Shown here one piece after another: positions 11,651-25,829 of a DNA stretch of 64,000 nt (the first letter of the stretch is position 1; each line of letters starts with the position of its first letter). Source of the DNA: Squalus acanthias (lineage: Eukaryota); assembly GCA_030390025.1 (NCBI GenBank), contig CM059431.1, forward strand, positions 109,370,001 to 109,434,000. Reading direction: 5' to 3'. Below the pieces are notes generated by a model. That model ran no database searches and was not told the origin of the DNA. It saw only the letters and a list, made by a program, of their open reading frames with translations. The position numbers and the translations under genes were made by a program.

Positions 11651-13401
11651 TTAGCAAGTGTGTTTTTCTCTTAAAATGGTGGAGCATTTACTGTATCACT
11701 TTACCATTGGCTTCTATGGTGAAATAATGATAATAGGCATCCAGGGTAGACGTTTGATGTACTTGGATCACCTACAGACTAATGGAATCAAGATTAGTTC
11801 CCTTATCCAAATGGGATGCAATGCTAGGCTTTGATCTTTTGGACATGGAAAGTGTGACGATTTACAATCAGTTACTTTAGTCCAATAATCACAGAGTTTC
11901 AAAGGAAACAGTGAGCTTTCACTTCAGATTTAAATGCACGCTTACCAAATATCCAAGAAAACACACTGTAACTTTAGCCCTATCCCACTCCGAGTATCTG
12001 AAACCAGCCATTAAGAAAGGTTAAGCGATGGCAACTCTTCAAAGCAGCTGGCGATGTATTCAGCAGCTCCAGCAATTATAATTTTATGACAGCGCTTGGA
12101 AGCACTTGTGCTCCGTCTTGAAGGTCTGTTGCAGAACTGATTTCTCCCCACCATAAGAGGCCCAAAATGTCAGCACAGTTCTGGTGGGGTTCAAGTGAAG
12201 GCCCTCTCCAAATACCTCCTGGAGCTATAGGAAAATTTCATAAATAGTCCCCCAAATGTTGAGGTGTCATGGGAACAGAATGCACATTCCAGGGTCCTAG
12301 CTACTCATGGAGCATGCCTTCTGAGGTCAGTAAAGGGCCCTGCTGTTAGCAAAGACCAAGGGCACTTAATGCATTTCATTTACTGTCTGTAACCATTTAT
12401 GAAGTTGTTTTTAATCCTTGCAACATTCAGCCTTAGTACTAACTGTTGCAGCGAGGCATTCAGCGCTGTCGTTACTGTATACTGGAAGCCAGGTAAAAAG
12501 AAACTCGACTGGAAAACCTTTGTGAGATGAGATTAAATGAAGCTAGAAAGTGAGATGAGTGACAAGTGGATGTTTGACAAGACAAACAATATTACAAGTA
12601 TTCAAAAGCACACTTTGGTCCGGGGTTGTCATTTTCTCCAAGCATCTGCTCCTATTCCACAAAAGTCACTACATACCAGTTGTGCGATTTTAATGCATTG
12701 CTATGGCGTGTCCCACAACTTTCCATTGTGCAATGGCTACAGTTAACAATGAATAACATTTTCCCAAAGTATCTAGCACCGTTCATCAGAGAGAAATCTC
12801 TGGCCAACCTTTGTACTCTTCTGTTAATTAAAATGACTTTGTTTTGTAGGTGGGGGGATGGGGAGTGGGGGGAGACAGAGCTGTGCTTGTTTTCACTCTG
12901 CCTGTACAATTAGTCATCCAATTTCTTTGGAACAATGAAGAGTGACTGCTTTGAGGCCCTGTTGTCGAGGCAGTCAACAAGCAAAGTTTACGTTTTCTAT
13001 TACGCACATCCAACAGAAATTAATTTGCAAGTCTTCCCACGTCAGATAGCATAAATAGGCAATATTGTCATCAAGGGGCAAGCGTTTCCTTTTATTGACT
13101 GGCTATTTGCTATTTGGTAGCAAAACAACCCCTTTTTAATGTAATTGGTTGTTGATTTTTTTTAAGTGGCAATGCCTTATCAGTAATCATTGATATATAG
13201 TCAGTCCTGGATTTAATCATTAATTTCATACAATATTTGCCCTGACAAACCTTGGGTTTGTAATATTCAAGTTATTTGGACAGCAATTAAAAGTTAGTGC
13301 TTGTAACAGAAATCAGCAACCATCTTTGTTTGGTAGCCCTCATATAACAAGCAGAGCGACAGGAATTCATTTTCAACTAGGCATGCCTGTGGTCTATGAA
13401 G

Positions 13402-13580
13402 AACAACTTACATTATACAGGGCCTTTAACATAGTAAATGTCCCAACGCCTTTACAGTGGTGGAACAGACACCAAGCAGTAGCAACAGAGTGGAGGTGAC
13501 TCAAAACTTGGAGGAAGAGGTTGGTTTTGAGGAGACCTTTGAAGGTGAAGAGAGGTAGCAGGGAGAGAGTGTTCCAGCTG
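13402..13580 (-). mobile_element. Degraded L2 3' fragment
   Basis: ACAACTTACATTATACAGGGCCTTTAACATAGTAAATGTCCCAA...GGTGACTCAAAACTTGG...GAGGTTGGTTTTGAGGAG resembles 1946-2335. Confidence 0.5.
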
Positions 13581-15634
13581 AATTTATTTTAACCGTTTTC
13601 ACCCACCATCTAAGTACTATTCTGGGAAGCCTAATACCACGAACCATCCATAGACTACATTAAATCAAAGAAGGCTGCTGACAACTCTCTTTAAACCTGA
13701 ATTCAAAGTTTTCTTTCCTCTGTAATAAGCTCTTTTTGATCTCCAGAACTTTTGAGGTCTTTGAGAAAGTGAGACCTCCTTTCCAAACCCAAGATCAAAA
13801 TTATACGGTTTGGGACGATTCTTTAATTGCTCAAATACCAAGGAGCTTTGGGAAATGAATTCACTTGTTGTTTAATAGAGAGGAAACGAACTCTGTTTGA
13901 AGGGGGGTGGTTTGTCTTCCCTGTCAGTGTATTTCATAATTCTATTCCAGTGCACGGAGGGAGGGTGGGTGGGTTGGGTGTTAGATTTAGCTGTATGACT
14001 GAGCAATTTTGAGGACTTTTTCCAGATCGGATCCACGATCTGTTTTGAGCTCTACCCAACAGCTCTGAATCACACCCCGAAAACTGACCTCTGGGTTACT
14101 TTGCAGCCGTGTGCGGTGTCGATCTCAGAGTACCAAAACCAGGTTCTAAGTGTTGAGATAAGACATCCTGCAGAATAAAAGTGGCGCATGAAAAATCCCT
14201 TGGTGTGCCTGTCCTCCCAGCTCACGCCATTCTTTCCTGACATGTTTGATGGCATCTTCTCCAGTCTATAAATCTGTACAGATTCCCCTTCGTAAACTAC
14301 TCTTAGTTACCTCGTGTGCTGAGTCTAAATGTTGTCTTCTCTCACTAACGCACCATTTTACAGCGCATTTCGCACAATGTTGCAGGATAGTAACCTTTCA
14401 GTGCATGTTTTCATCGAAGGCCCTGATGGAATCAGTTGCGGTTCCACTCAGTTAGCATTCTCCCCTGTCACTAGAAGTTCCCTCAAAACTGGACGAGCTG
14501 CACTAAACCCGGATATATATATATATATATATAAATAAATGTAATGGAAAGGTAATGCCTCAAAAAACTGTTTCGAGCCATGAAAATCATTTGTGTTCTT
14601 CTCCAAAGAACCAGGTCATCTGCTCATAATTGCAAAGCATGCAATAAATCACCGCGCTCCAGAAATGAATTCCGCTTCAATAATAAAACAATGCTTATTG
14701 GCATGCGATGTCAGCTCAACTTAATTCACTCTCCATTCAGAATAACCAATCCGCAATCTGCAGGCCGCGGACGACACCAGATAAATCACTCTGCTAAATG
14801 ATGGCCTTGAAGGATCATGTGAACCTCTTTAAACTTCTGCTGTTGAAACATTTCACATTCTATTTACCAGGCAGGGACAGAAATCTCCGAAGGGACAGCG
14901 TTAAGCTTTGCAGAAAGTCCATCTAAGCAGCGCTGGGGAATAATGACTGGCGACCTTTTTTATTTATCATGTTTTATTTTTACTATTCCCACTGCACTTT
15001 GCAAAAGATTGCTTAAGCATTTTTATTCGATTCGCGTTCGTTTTGATATATTAAACGATTTGATGTCAGGTTTGGGCTTTTAAATTGCTGACTATTTAAA
15101 AAATAAAACAACCCGACCGTCTATCATGTCATTAAACAACCATGTTCTTTTTTTTCCCTATTACGATTATTAATGCAGTTAAAATATTAGCTTGCCTCCC
15201 TCCCTCCAGGTCATCATTACACTTTTGCAAGCGTCAGAAAACTTTCTATCTGCCTCCAGCGGTTACTAATACCCCGGACTTCGTTAATCAATGCACTAGT
15301 GTTTTGGAACTATGATGATGAGCAGTGGCGGAGATGCCCATTCTCTCTCCAGCATTGTACTTTTTATCTATTCGTGTTATTTTCATAATTATTATGCCAG
15401 TAGAGCTGCTCATTAGCAAGTAATTGCTAGTGGGAAATATTATGGTAGCAATTCTAATGTACATGCAAAAAAACAGCTAGAAATTTAGGTACTGTGTTCC
15501 TTCATATACTTAAACGAGTCAGAATAGTACAAATTCTCTAATGTCATCGATTGTTGCTTTGGCAGATTTAAGTATTGTATTGTAGTATTATAATTACAGT
15601 GGACTTTCTGATCATCTCTGCTAAGGTTGCACTT

Positions 15635-16111
15635 GTGTCAGCCAGTGGCTCAATGGGTAGCACACTTCGCCTCCTGAGTCAGAAAGTCGTGGGTTCAAGT
15701 CCCACTCCAGAGACTCGAGCACAACAATCCAGGCTGACACTCCCACTCCAGTGCAGTGCTGAGGGAGTGCTGCACTGTCGGAGGGGCTGTCTTTCGGATG
15801 AGGTGTTAAACCGAGGCCCCGTCTGCTCTCTCAGGTGGCACTATTTTGAAGAGCAGGGGAGTTCTCCCCGGTGTCCTGGCCAATATTTATCCCTCAATCA
15901 ACATCACAAAAACAGATTATCTGGTCATTATCACATTGCTGTTTGTGAGAGTTTGCTGTGCGCAAATTGGCTGCTGCATTTCCCACACTACAACAGTGAC
16001 TACACTTCACAAAGTACTTCAGTTAGGGTTAGGGTTAGTGGTAGAGGTTGTAAAGCGCTTTGGGACGTCCGGTGGTCGTGAAAGGCGCTATATAAACGCA
16101 AGTCTTTCTTT
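15635..16111 (+). mobile_element. Full-length DeuSINE with internal telomeric-repeat insertion
   Basis: A box TGGCTCAATGGGTAGC, B box GGTTCAAGTCC, Deu core and tail. GTTAGGGTTAGGGTTAG is inserted at 16022-16038. Confidence 0.85.
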
Positions 16112-19100
16112 TAAAGGAGCAATGGCGTCAGGGAAGACTGCCTTGCAATCCTGAAATTCCTGTGCAGCAAACATTTTCTGCGTTCATGTATCCAACATGT
16201 TGGAGAAAATTGAGTCTGCCCTTTTTTCTTTTGAGTTTAGGTATTTTGGAAGAGTTTCAAAGCTCCGATCTCAGATGGTAACCTTTGAAAAGCCGCCCCC
16301 AGAAAAAAAAACCCTCGTGGCTTTAAGATCAGAGCGCCCTTAAATCCTGCCCACCCCAGCTTTGATAATACCTGAACTCCATCATTATGGTAACTGCTCA
16401 GGTGCATCGAGTCACTTAGTATGCAAACTCCACCCTTCTGTGCAAGGTGGCAAGGCACCTTTACATCTGAATGGCAATTAGCAAAATAACTTGGCGGGGG
16501 TGGGTGGGTAGATGCTCAGATCCAATTAAATGAAAAGGAATCGAGGACCCAAGTTTTCCTAATCACTCTTTAACCCGCTGTACCAGTGCCTGTGACATGT
16601 CATTTAAACGATTGGGAAACAGCAAGTATAAAACTAACTTGCACATTAACTCCTTTATTTTACTGTCTCATGAAATTACTTTTTCCAGGATCACTTTTTT
16701 TTTGGGGGGGACACAAAAACAAGGCTGATGTGCGCCTGCGCCGGCTGGATCCTTCAAAAGTGACCAACTCTCATCCTCCTAACTCTATTACGAGGGATCA
16801 TTCCAGTCACATGCAGTCCCATTGAATGAGATGTTTGTACAGCTTTAGTCTTAAAACACTAATCACAGCATTTATTGTGCTAACCATATGGAGCTTCTAT
16901 TTAGACAGCAGGGAAAACAGTAAGCAGAGAAGCAAATCTCCCTATTTATACTTTAGCAATTTGTAAATGCAACAAAAATACCTTTCACGCCATGTTTTGA
17001 CAGTATGTTAGTAAAGTTTGTGGTTATATAAATGGGAGTATTAAATACTCATGCAGCAAGTGGCACGAAGTTTGTCTTTGTTACACAGACAACCCCCCCC
17101 CCCCCTCTTTTATCTCAGATCCATCCCAGATTACAGACTTCAAAGAAGCAACGATTGCAGGAGATCTATTCAACAGCGAATGGGGCTTTAGGGCACCATT
17201 GCAAAAAAAAACGCTCGCTGTGGAAGTCAGCTAGACAGGCCGGCGGATCGTTAATAACGATTTCGAGGTCTCCGCTGCTGACAAGGTCCTCTGTTTCTTG
17301 CGCATCTCACGTGAAGGGTTAACACTGGGGTCGACACGTTGCTCAGCTCCGGTCTCGCACTCCCAAGGCAATCAGTAGGCAGAGTTTCACCTTCCCAGGG
17401 TTAAGGCTTTTACATGAGAAAGAGGGAGCGGAGCTGTTTCGGTAATCGCTGCTGAAACTCTTGACTGTGTCTGTCTTCCTCCCCACCCCATCAAGACAAA
17501 AGCTGAAATGTATTAAACACAGTAATTCATCATCCCGCAGATGAGAAGCAGGAGCCGGCAGAGCTAGAAAGTGTCTTGGCTACCCAGTGCTAACAATGGC
17601 TGGAGCACTGACAGGTCATTGGAACATAGCTTCCTGTAGCTATACCGTACCACTCAAGTTTGGAAAGGGAGTGGGGAGATACTTTCTGAAATTCCAGCCC
17701 TGTCATTTCCAATTTTATGCTGTTTGGTCATGCTTGTATCTGGATTCAGCAACATCTATTCAGCATATCAATCCTAATTAGAGGATCTGGGGCTCGAAAG
17801 GATGGGAGATGGGCGATTTGCATAATTTAATCATAAATACTGAGTGGTACATATTTCCAAATGCGTTTGCACAATTATCTTTCCATCCTTGGGGCAATCG
17901 TATTAATATGATTAGGCAATATTTCTGCAAAAAAAAACAGGCAAGTGTGCACTCTTTTTAACTGCAGCTTAGGGCGATATGAAAAATTAATTAATTTCTG
18001 AAGAAAATCAATTTCTGTACGTGACCATATTAAACACAATCCTAACCAAGACCCGAGTCCTGTCTCCTTCAAGTCTTCTCGGCGCGAGGATGTCAGCTAC
18101 ACGGTGCATCCTGATACTGAAGTGAAAGGGAGCAGTGATGTGTTCATTTAGATTTATTTTTTTTTGGAGGGGAGGTGGACACAATTGACAATCAAATCCA
18201 GGTCAGTTGTTACACATTTGTGTATTTTTTTTTTGCTCCTGATCCGAGCAGCCTTGTTACACCAGCAGAATCTGCCTTCAGCCATTGTAATTGATTATTC
18301 ACTACCCAGCAGTAATGCAACAAAAAAAACATGACAGTAATATTACAATGCAATTAGCAGTCGTCTTTTTCTCTCCTCTTGTGAAAAATTATTTCACAGC
18401 GCATCAACTGAATCGTTAAAGACAATGCATTAGACATTTTGAGAAGGTCGGTGCATGATAGAAAAAAAAAGGTATTGGTGATGCAGTTTGGATTATTCAG
18501 AGTGGTGAATTGCAGCCTAACCAGATTGGGGAAGGAGGAGGAGTGGGGTGGGAAGTACTGTCTCTTTAAGGCAGTATGGCCCAAGAGCTTGTGTTTCCTT
18601 TAAGCACAGCGTTAGCAGCGGCTTTGCGAGACAGCAAATACTTGGAGGTAAGTATTAACCCTCTCAAGGCTGACGAGAAACACTTCAGCACCCACAGCTC
18701 GAAGCAGCAAAGTATGCAGTCCGCTTAAAAGTTGCACGTTGTTATGGCCTCAGCTCATTCTACTTTGCAACATGCATCATTAGAAATGCAAATTGTATTT
18801 TGCAGATATGAATTAAATGGGAACTGCCTCTGTTTCTGAAAGCTGCAAACGACAAGTAGCACTCGCAGTGTAGTCAATGTGCCACACATGGGAGCAGAAG
18901 GGAGCGTGTTTCAAGACGGTATGGTAATTAATGGAGATGTGTGTTTTCCAGAGCCATCTACTAAGAGCCTGAGCTCCAAACTACGAAATCATTTACAAAA
19001 ATGATTCTATTGGATCCGACTGGGCCGTTTTGCCTTAATTGGCATTAAGGCCACTTGACTGAATTGTACACGGTCTCATTTTCCATGCAGTTTGGTTCCC

Positions 19101-19530
19101 ATCCTGATCAGCCTTATGCCGTTCCCTTTTTGAAGTTATTATTCCAATTCCCACTTGGATGCGGTTGCTGGGTGACTGGTATCTTAGCACCCATTTCCAC
19201 TCGATATGATCTGAATCTGATCCAGCAATTCCCATGGGGTGGCATGAAGAAGAAAAAAAAACCCGCGCGGCTCCCTCATAAAATAAACATCTACATGGAT
19301 CAGGCAAAAAAAAAAGTTGCCTTTGTCTTTTCCGACTTCTCTTTCTCTCACACCGACACAGTGCCACTGCACTGTCGATGTGAAGTACACAGAGCACAGT
19401 GCCTTCTCCATGAACATTCGATTCTGTCAGCCCCCATTAAAACCCGCATGTTGCTAGGCTGAAGGAGGAATAGTGTCAGTTCAATGCAACAATATCAAAT
19501 GACCGCCACAGCATTATTCTTATTTACTCC

Positions 19531-19785
19531 TAGAATCATAGAATGGTTACAGCACAGCAGGAGGCCATTCGGCCCGTTGAGCCTGTGCCAGCTCTCTGCA
19601 AGAGCACTTCAGCTAGTCCCGCTCCCCCGCCCTTTCCCCGGAGCCCTGCATTTTTTTTCCCTTCAGGTACTTTATCCAATTCCCTTTTGAAATCCACGAT
19701 TGAATTTGCCTCCATCACCCTCTCAGGCAGTGCAATCCGGATCCTAACCACTGCTGCGTAAGAAAAGTTTTTCCTCATGTCCCCT
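19531..19785 (-). mobile_element. CR1 LINE 3' fragment
   Basis: The minus strand encodes RKNF...VVRIRIALPERVMEANSIVDFKRELDK (CR1 ORF2 C-terminus) and carries a (ATTCTATG)-type tail. Confidence 0.8.
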
Positions 19786-22700
19786 CAAAACATCTTGTAC
19801 CTCTTACACCCCCTCCCCCTGTGAACACTGGTGTCCTCGCAGTATACAGTTCTTATTTGCTTACAGATAACTGCAGCCCAGAAGTTTTATCTTCACAAGT
19901 AATGCAACTGACTTAACGAGGTCTAGTGAAGATAGGGTTTTTACAACTTTTCTTTCAAGTAAAGAACACAAATTTCAATTTAAAGTTGATTTATATGATA
20001 AAAATATTGTTTTATTTAAGACTAAAAGAGATTGGCTGGGGAAAAAAATCAAGGGGTGGGCTTGCCATTTATAGCAATCTTTCTTTCTTGTTTTATCTTC
20101 ATTTTAATTCAAATGATACAACATTGCAAGCCCGTGAAGCACACGTGAAGTTTTGTAGTCCCAATCTCCAAATAGGTGTGGCATTTTGAGCCACGTGACC
20201 TAGAAATACTGTGGTCTTCCTTGACTGACAGTATTTAAAATACCTTCCATTGGAGAATGCAATGTTAGTTTGAATTTTGGTCGTTTTGTGAACGCCACCT
20301 TGTATAGGCCAGCCGAAGGGATATGATCCCTTTAATCTAGCCTTTTCAAAGTGATTTGATTTGAAATACCGCTTAGCAACCGTGACCTTTTTATGACACG
20401 TTTTGGCAGCAGAAGTATACCGCTGTCAAGCTATTGGATGACACCAAATGCCATCGCAAACAACAAATCAGTTAGCAGCCCTCTGAAAGAGGAATGGCTA
20501 CCTAAGATGTTACAGTGCGAGGATCCAATCTGTTCACAATCTGATTGAAGATGTCTTTCATTCCGATTGTGTGTACGCCTGCACTTTCAGCAGTGATGTA
20601 ATGGTTCCTGAAATAGTTCAGAGCGATTGTGAAAGTGATTGATTTCAATCTAACACAACTACTACCAGGTGCTTTCAAAGGCAATTACAGGCCTGCGTGT
20701 TGCAGTGTTAGCCAAGCACCTTACTGCCATTAAACTCCCATGTATCATTGCCTTAAAGAAAGGCCAGCCCCCATACACACACACACATACGCACGCACAG
20801 AGTTTTATTGCAATTATTTTCAGAATTACAGTTCCCCTATTGTCAATACCTAATTATTGTTCTAGTACTGATTCTAATCTAAATGCACTTAACTTTGAAA
20901 TGATCAGACTTTGGAAGTGCTGCATATAAAATAGTGGATGTTGATTATTGTTAGGTGATATAATTAAAAGACTTCACCTTTCGGATGAATACAGATAGCC
21001 TTTATTATGGTGTATAAAATAAGTGTTTGTTCTACAATCTGAAATTATGTCATGAAAGCAACTTTTAAGGAATGCTCAGCCTCACTCAAGTTCAGTAAAA
21101 AGTCCTGTAACAGATTCCTGTCACTTTTGCTTATTCAATAAGGCCTTAGAAATCTCTCGCTCTCAAGGTTCCTCACTGCACTTTTCCTGTTAATGACTAT
21201 GCTTCTTACAATGGTTCTCGAAACCTGTTACACTGAATGTGAAACTCATTTGGTTGAAATGACAGAATGTAGTAATATCTTTGTTTCAAATTACTTAAAC
21301 ACATCCTTTGACACTAGATTCATTTCTGCGATGGCTCCTGGAAGCAATTGCTTACTTCGAACACAGAAAGAGCTGATTATTTCAGAAAACACAGGGAAAA
21401 AGTTAAGGGCGACTCCAGTTAACATAATAAAAGAGGTCCTTACTATACAAGGCAGTCCTTCAATCTGCTCAAATATTTGTTGGCACCACAAGATTCGTAT
21501 CCAGAGATTATCATAGTCCTTATTTATACTCTTCATACCCTATGTGTGGTCTGCAGACTCAGAATGTATTTGCAGTAAGTTTTGTTTATCCAGAAGTTCA
21601 ACTTCCCAAACCATCAGCATCAACTGTCATTTTACCTTTATTATTAAAAAAAAAATCGTTTTTCTTCCTATATCAAACTGTGTTGCTGTCAATCAGATAG
21701 AACTCCAGCGCATGGGATCAAGCAGTAGCTCAACTTACGACTTACTTGCCTTCCAATGTCAGTTGTGGTTTCTTTAATCATATACACAGCTCCCCTTCCT
21801 ATATCCATTATACAAAGAAATGCTCAATTTGTGTCACATTCACATGACAATATAAAATATAGTATCTCAATTCAACAACACTGCCATTGATATCAAACTT
21901 TGGCACATCTGTTTCCTTCTTACCCTTCCTCTCACTAAGAGACCCTGGACTGAGTGCAGGTAAGCTATAGAGCATTATGAGTAAAAAACATGTTACATAT
22001 TATAACTAACCTCTGTCATAACTTATTGCTGCATTCACCTTTATATCAAACTAGACTCTGAGTAGTTAGCAGGCATGAAAGAGTTACACACTTCAAGATG
22101 CTTGTACATATATCATTGGTAGAATGTTATTTGTACTTCTCTCTTGTAGAAAGACTAACCTGAACAACACACTGGACCACACATAGTAGATCACTGAATG
22201 ATTAGATATATCTGTAAGCATCAGCTGACTATATTGAAACCTCTTTTGTTTTCAGTCTGCCACTTTATGTAATGCATTTCTGATGGAAATTCAAACCAAA
22301 CATCTCATACCATCAACAACCTTATTTGTTGGGGAACTGTTGCTCTTGTGACTATTGGACTTTGTGCACTATGTACATGATATTTTACTGTTTTCATCGA
22401 GTGGATTTGTTTTCTCTAGAATTTTTCAGCTTTTCTTTAAACTAAGTGATCCTTTGGAAACTGCTTTTAAGAAGAAGAAAGTACACTTTTGGTAAGTTAA
22501 GTACAAGGAGTTGAAATTTCTGTATCTCCCTGTTCAAATAGTTGAAATTAAACACTATTTTTGTAAGTAAGAGAATACACAATATCCGAGCTTGAAATTT
22601 GAACCTTTTAATGGACAGCAGTAACATTTATTTAATAGCAAAACATGAAGTGGAACAAATTTTCATTTGTTAGTCTATTTGAATAGTTCCTGAAAATTAA

Positions 22701-25700
22701 AAATGTCCACAGTTCTGTACATTGTTTCTCATTTTACTTGGTAATGTGAGACATTACAGAGTCTCAGACATCACCGTCGTAAGTTTGAAATTACACAGAG
22801 AATCCAAGTAAAGAGTTTAAGAATATTCTGAAAGTATCAGGACAGAAATTCAGCAGGGATATTCTTGGGCATCCTTAGAATTTACTGTATGCCTAAACAG
22901 TATAATTTGAGAATTGTAGATGAAAAGAAATAAAGTTCTCAGTGAAATATTTTAATAGAAAAATGTAGTGTTGAAGTCAAGAACTAACGTGTATGATGAT
23001 CTGGGAAATCACTCTGCTAATGAGAGGAAACTTGTACAGTATATACAGTATACACGTTAAACAGCAAAGTATAATTTCTGGACCCAATAGGCAATATACA
23101 CTGTTCACTACACCAGTAAAATACCATATAATGCATTCTGTTCAAGCTCACATACATGTTCCAAAAATAGATACTTTTGATTATACATTCATCTATTCAA
23201 ATAATGTGCGCAGAATACTGGACTTGAATAATTTTATAATGTACTGTTATAGAACAAGATTCATTTTATTCTAGGAAATGTTCCACTTTAAGTGTTATAA
23301 CCCTGGTGTTAAAAAATTAACCCGATTAAAAAAACTGATTTGTGTATCTTAATAACAACAGCCAATAATGGCCCATATTGAAATTTATAAGCAGATTGAC
23401 TCCATGTATGGGTCCTTATGTGCAACACTACTTTAAAAATCACAGTGCCAGTCCACTACTCAAAGATTTAATGATCATTAAGATATAAAACTGCAGTCAG
23501 CTAGAATTAAATCTTCTCATGAAAATTTACAGCAGTAAGGGAAAAATAATCAAAATTATTAATATTTTCAGATTTCCATCAATCAGTTCTGTATTTGCTC
23601 GCACCACACTGTCAATTTATGTCACATCCCATATTACTGCATTGAGGAAAAGCTTGTCCTATTATAAAGTAATGCATGAGGCACTCATGTGATGTATAAA
23701 GATACCCCTGTTCACTTGGTAAGCTGTTTGACATTTTGTAGGTATTTTATGCCCATCACTGGATCAAAAGAAATCACAAACTTACATATAGCAAAGAATA
23801 AATACTGTTGTCAACAGGAAGTGGGGTAAAGTTAAGATTTTTGAATAAGCCAGCCACTGGTCTACTGCATAGTATGAATTCATTTTAATAATGCCACTGC
23901 ATTAACTGTTTTGCTCATCTGAAGAGTAAATTGATTCTGTAGCTCTTTATGCATCAATAAGCATTAAATGACAGAGGTGGCTAAGCAGGGTGCTGTAAGC
24001 TTGTCTGTTGGCATAAGCTCTCTACGATCTGATTGTTTTTAAAACTGAGCAGTGTAACATTTTTCTTTTTCAAAAAGAGGAGTCTTACTTTTAATTCTCA
24101 TTTTAAAACCAGCTGCTGTAGCTACAGATCATTGTGGCAATTCTCAGTAAGACAGGTTAAGGATCATCTATTTATCCTTACATATAACAGAAGCTATGAT
24201 AACTTTCAACAAGGGTGTTGTCAAGGTAACATATTTTAAAGTAACTCTTTCATGAGCTGAGATCATTCTTCTGAACACTGGACTACATTGTGTGGGAGAA
24301 GACACCAACACTTTTTAATTCACTAATGGATCCTTCAGATGAACATAAACATAACAGGCTAAGTGATAGTAGCAAAAGATAGAAAAATATTATGCCCATC
24401 CCATATTACTGCTTTGAGGAAAAGCTATTAAAGTAATGCATGAGGTGTATAAAGATACCCCTGTTCACTTGGTTATTTTAACTCCTTTAAATTATGAATT
24501 CAACTTATTATTGCAAAAAGTCACTTACAAAAAAAAACACAGAACTGGTTCTGTTACTTTAAATCAACAGAAACCTGATGAGGGCAAAGAAAGAGTTATC
24601 AATGTGGGTGTTGTGAATGTTGCCCTTGCAACATGTGATACAGTCAGACTCTCTTTTAAATTGATATGGATCATTAAAGAGCACAGTACAATGTACATGT
24701 AAGAACGCAGTGATGTGCCATATATTCTAAAGCATAAAAAGATCAAAGTAAAGCTATTAATGGGTGGTGTAAAGGCGCATTGTTGGCAGCCATCTGGTAC
24801 AGCTTGTTATTTTAGAACACATCATGTAAGTGAGAATACAATCAATGGGTTTTTATTAGTTGAAACATTTATTCATGAAAACCTCTCATTTAGTAGTAAG
24901 GGGGAAAAAAAGCAAGGGGTTTTGCCAATTGCATCTTATCTCCCTTTAAACTGATGTGGCTAATTATTACTCAAGGACTATGTAATGCACTGAAACCTTT
25001 TGTAAGTAAAATTAAACCTTACAAGGACTGAATTGAGATGACAGCAAAAAGTAAAGGCAACATTTTATGAAAGATTTCAAAGCTTATTACTGTAAAAATG
25101 TATCATGTGTGTGATTCTGGATTTCCTTGTAACAGGTACTCACATGAAAGTTAGGCTTGCCTATTTTTAAGGGGAGGGGGAGGTTGCAGGGTCATATGCC
25201 CTCTCCAAGGAATAGTATGGAGCAGTTAATTGTTGTAAAATACGTGTGTGTGAGATCCTATAAATCGGCGTGTGTTAGCTTAAAGCTCTGTTTAGAGTAA
25301 AACAAACACGGGTGCAGAAGTTGTCATCTGGGATTGACTTTTTTTTAAACTTGATACAAATCAAGAACGTAACATTATTGCAAACTTTCAGGGCAGCATA
25401 CTTGAACCTGTTCTTGCCCTACATACAACAGCACGGATTTAAGCAAATGATTTCACTCGTATTGGAGCATTAGTTGTGTGCAAACTTTAATCCTTTTAAA
25501 TCATTTCGAAGTTCTCAGCAAACCCATTCAGGTCGATCCCATTTAAAAGTAGGTCACTCGTGGCTACAATACGCCTCATATCAGAACAGGGACGCTGAAA
25601 GTGTTTTGGTAGGATTGCCAATATCACCTCACTTTAGGTCTCTGATAAGATCAGCAGGTGGTATTGGAAAGACGAGATCTGCAACTACTGCTAATGTACT

Positions 25701-25829
25701 CTAGTCTGGAGTAAATAAACCCCAGGAGCATTTAAGAAATATATATATATATATATATATTAGTAATCCTACTTTAGTCTTCAGGACTGGTCATTGTCTA
25801 TGATGAGGATTAGTTAGAAACAAGGGGAC

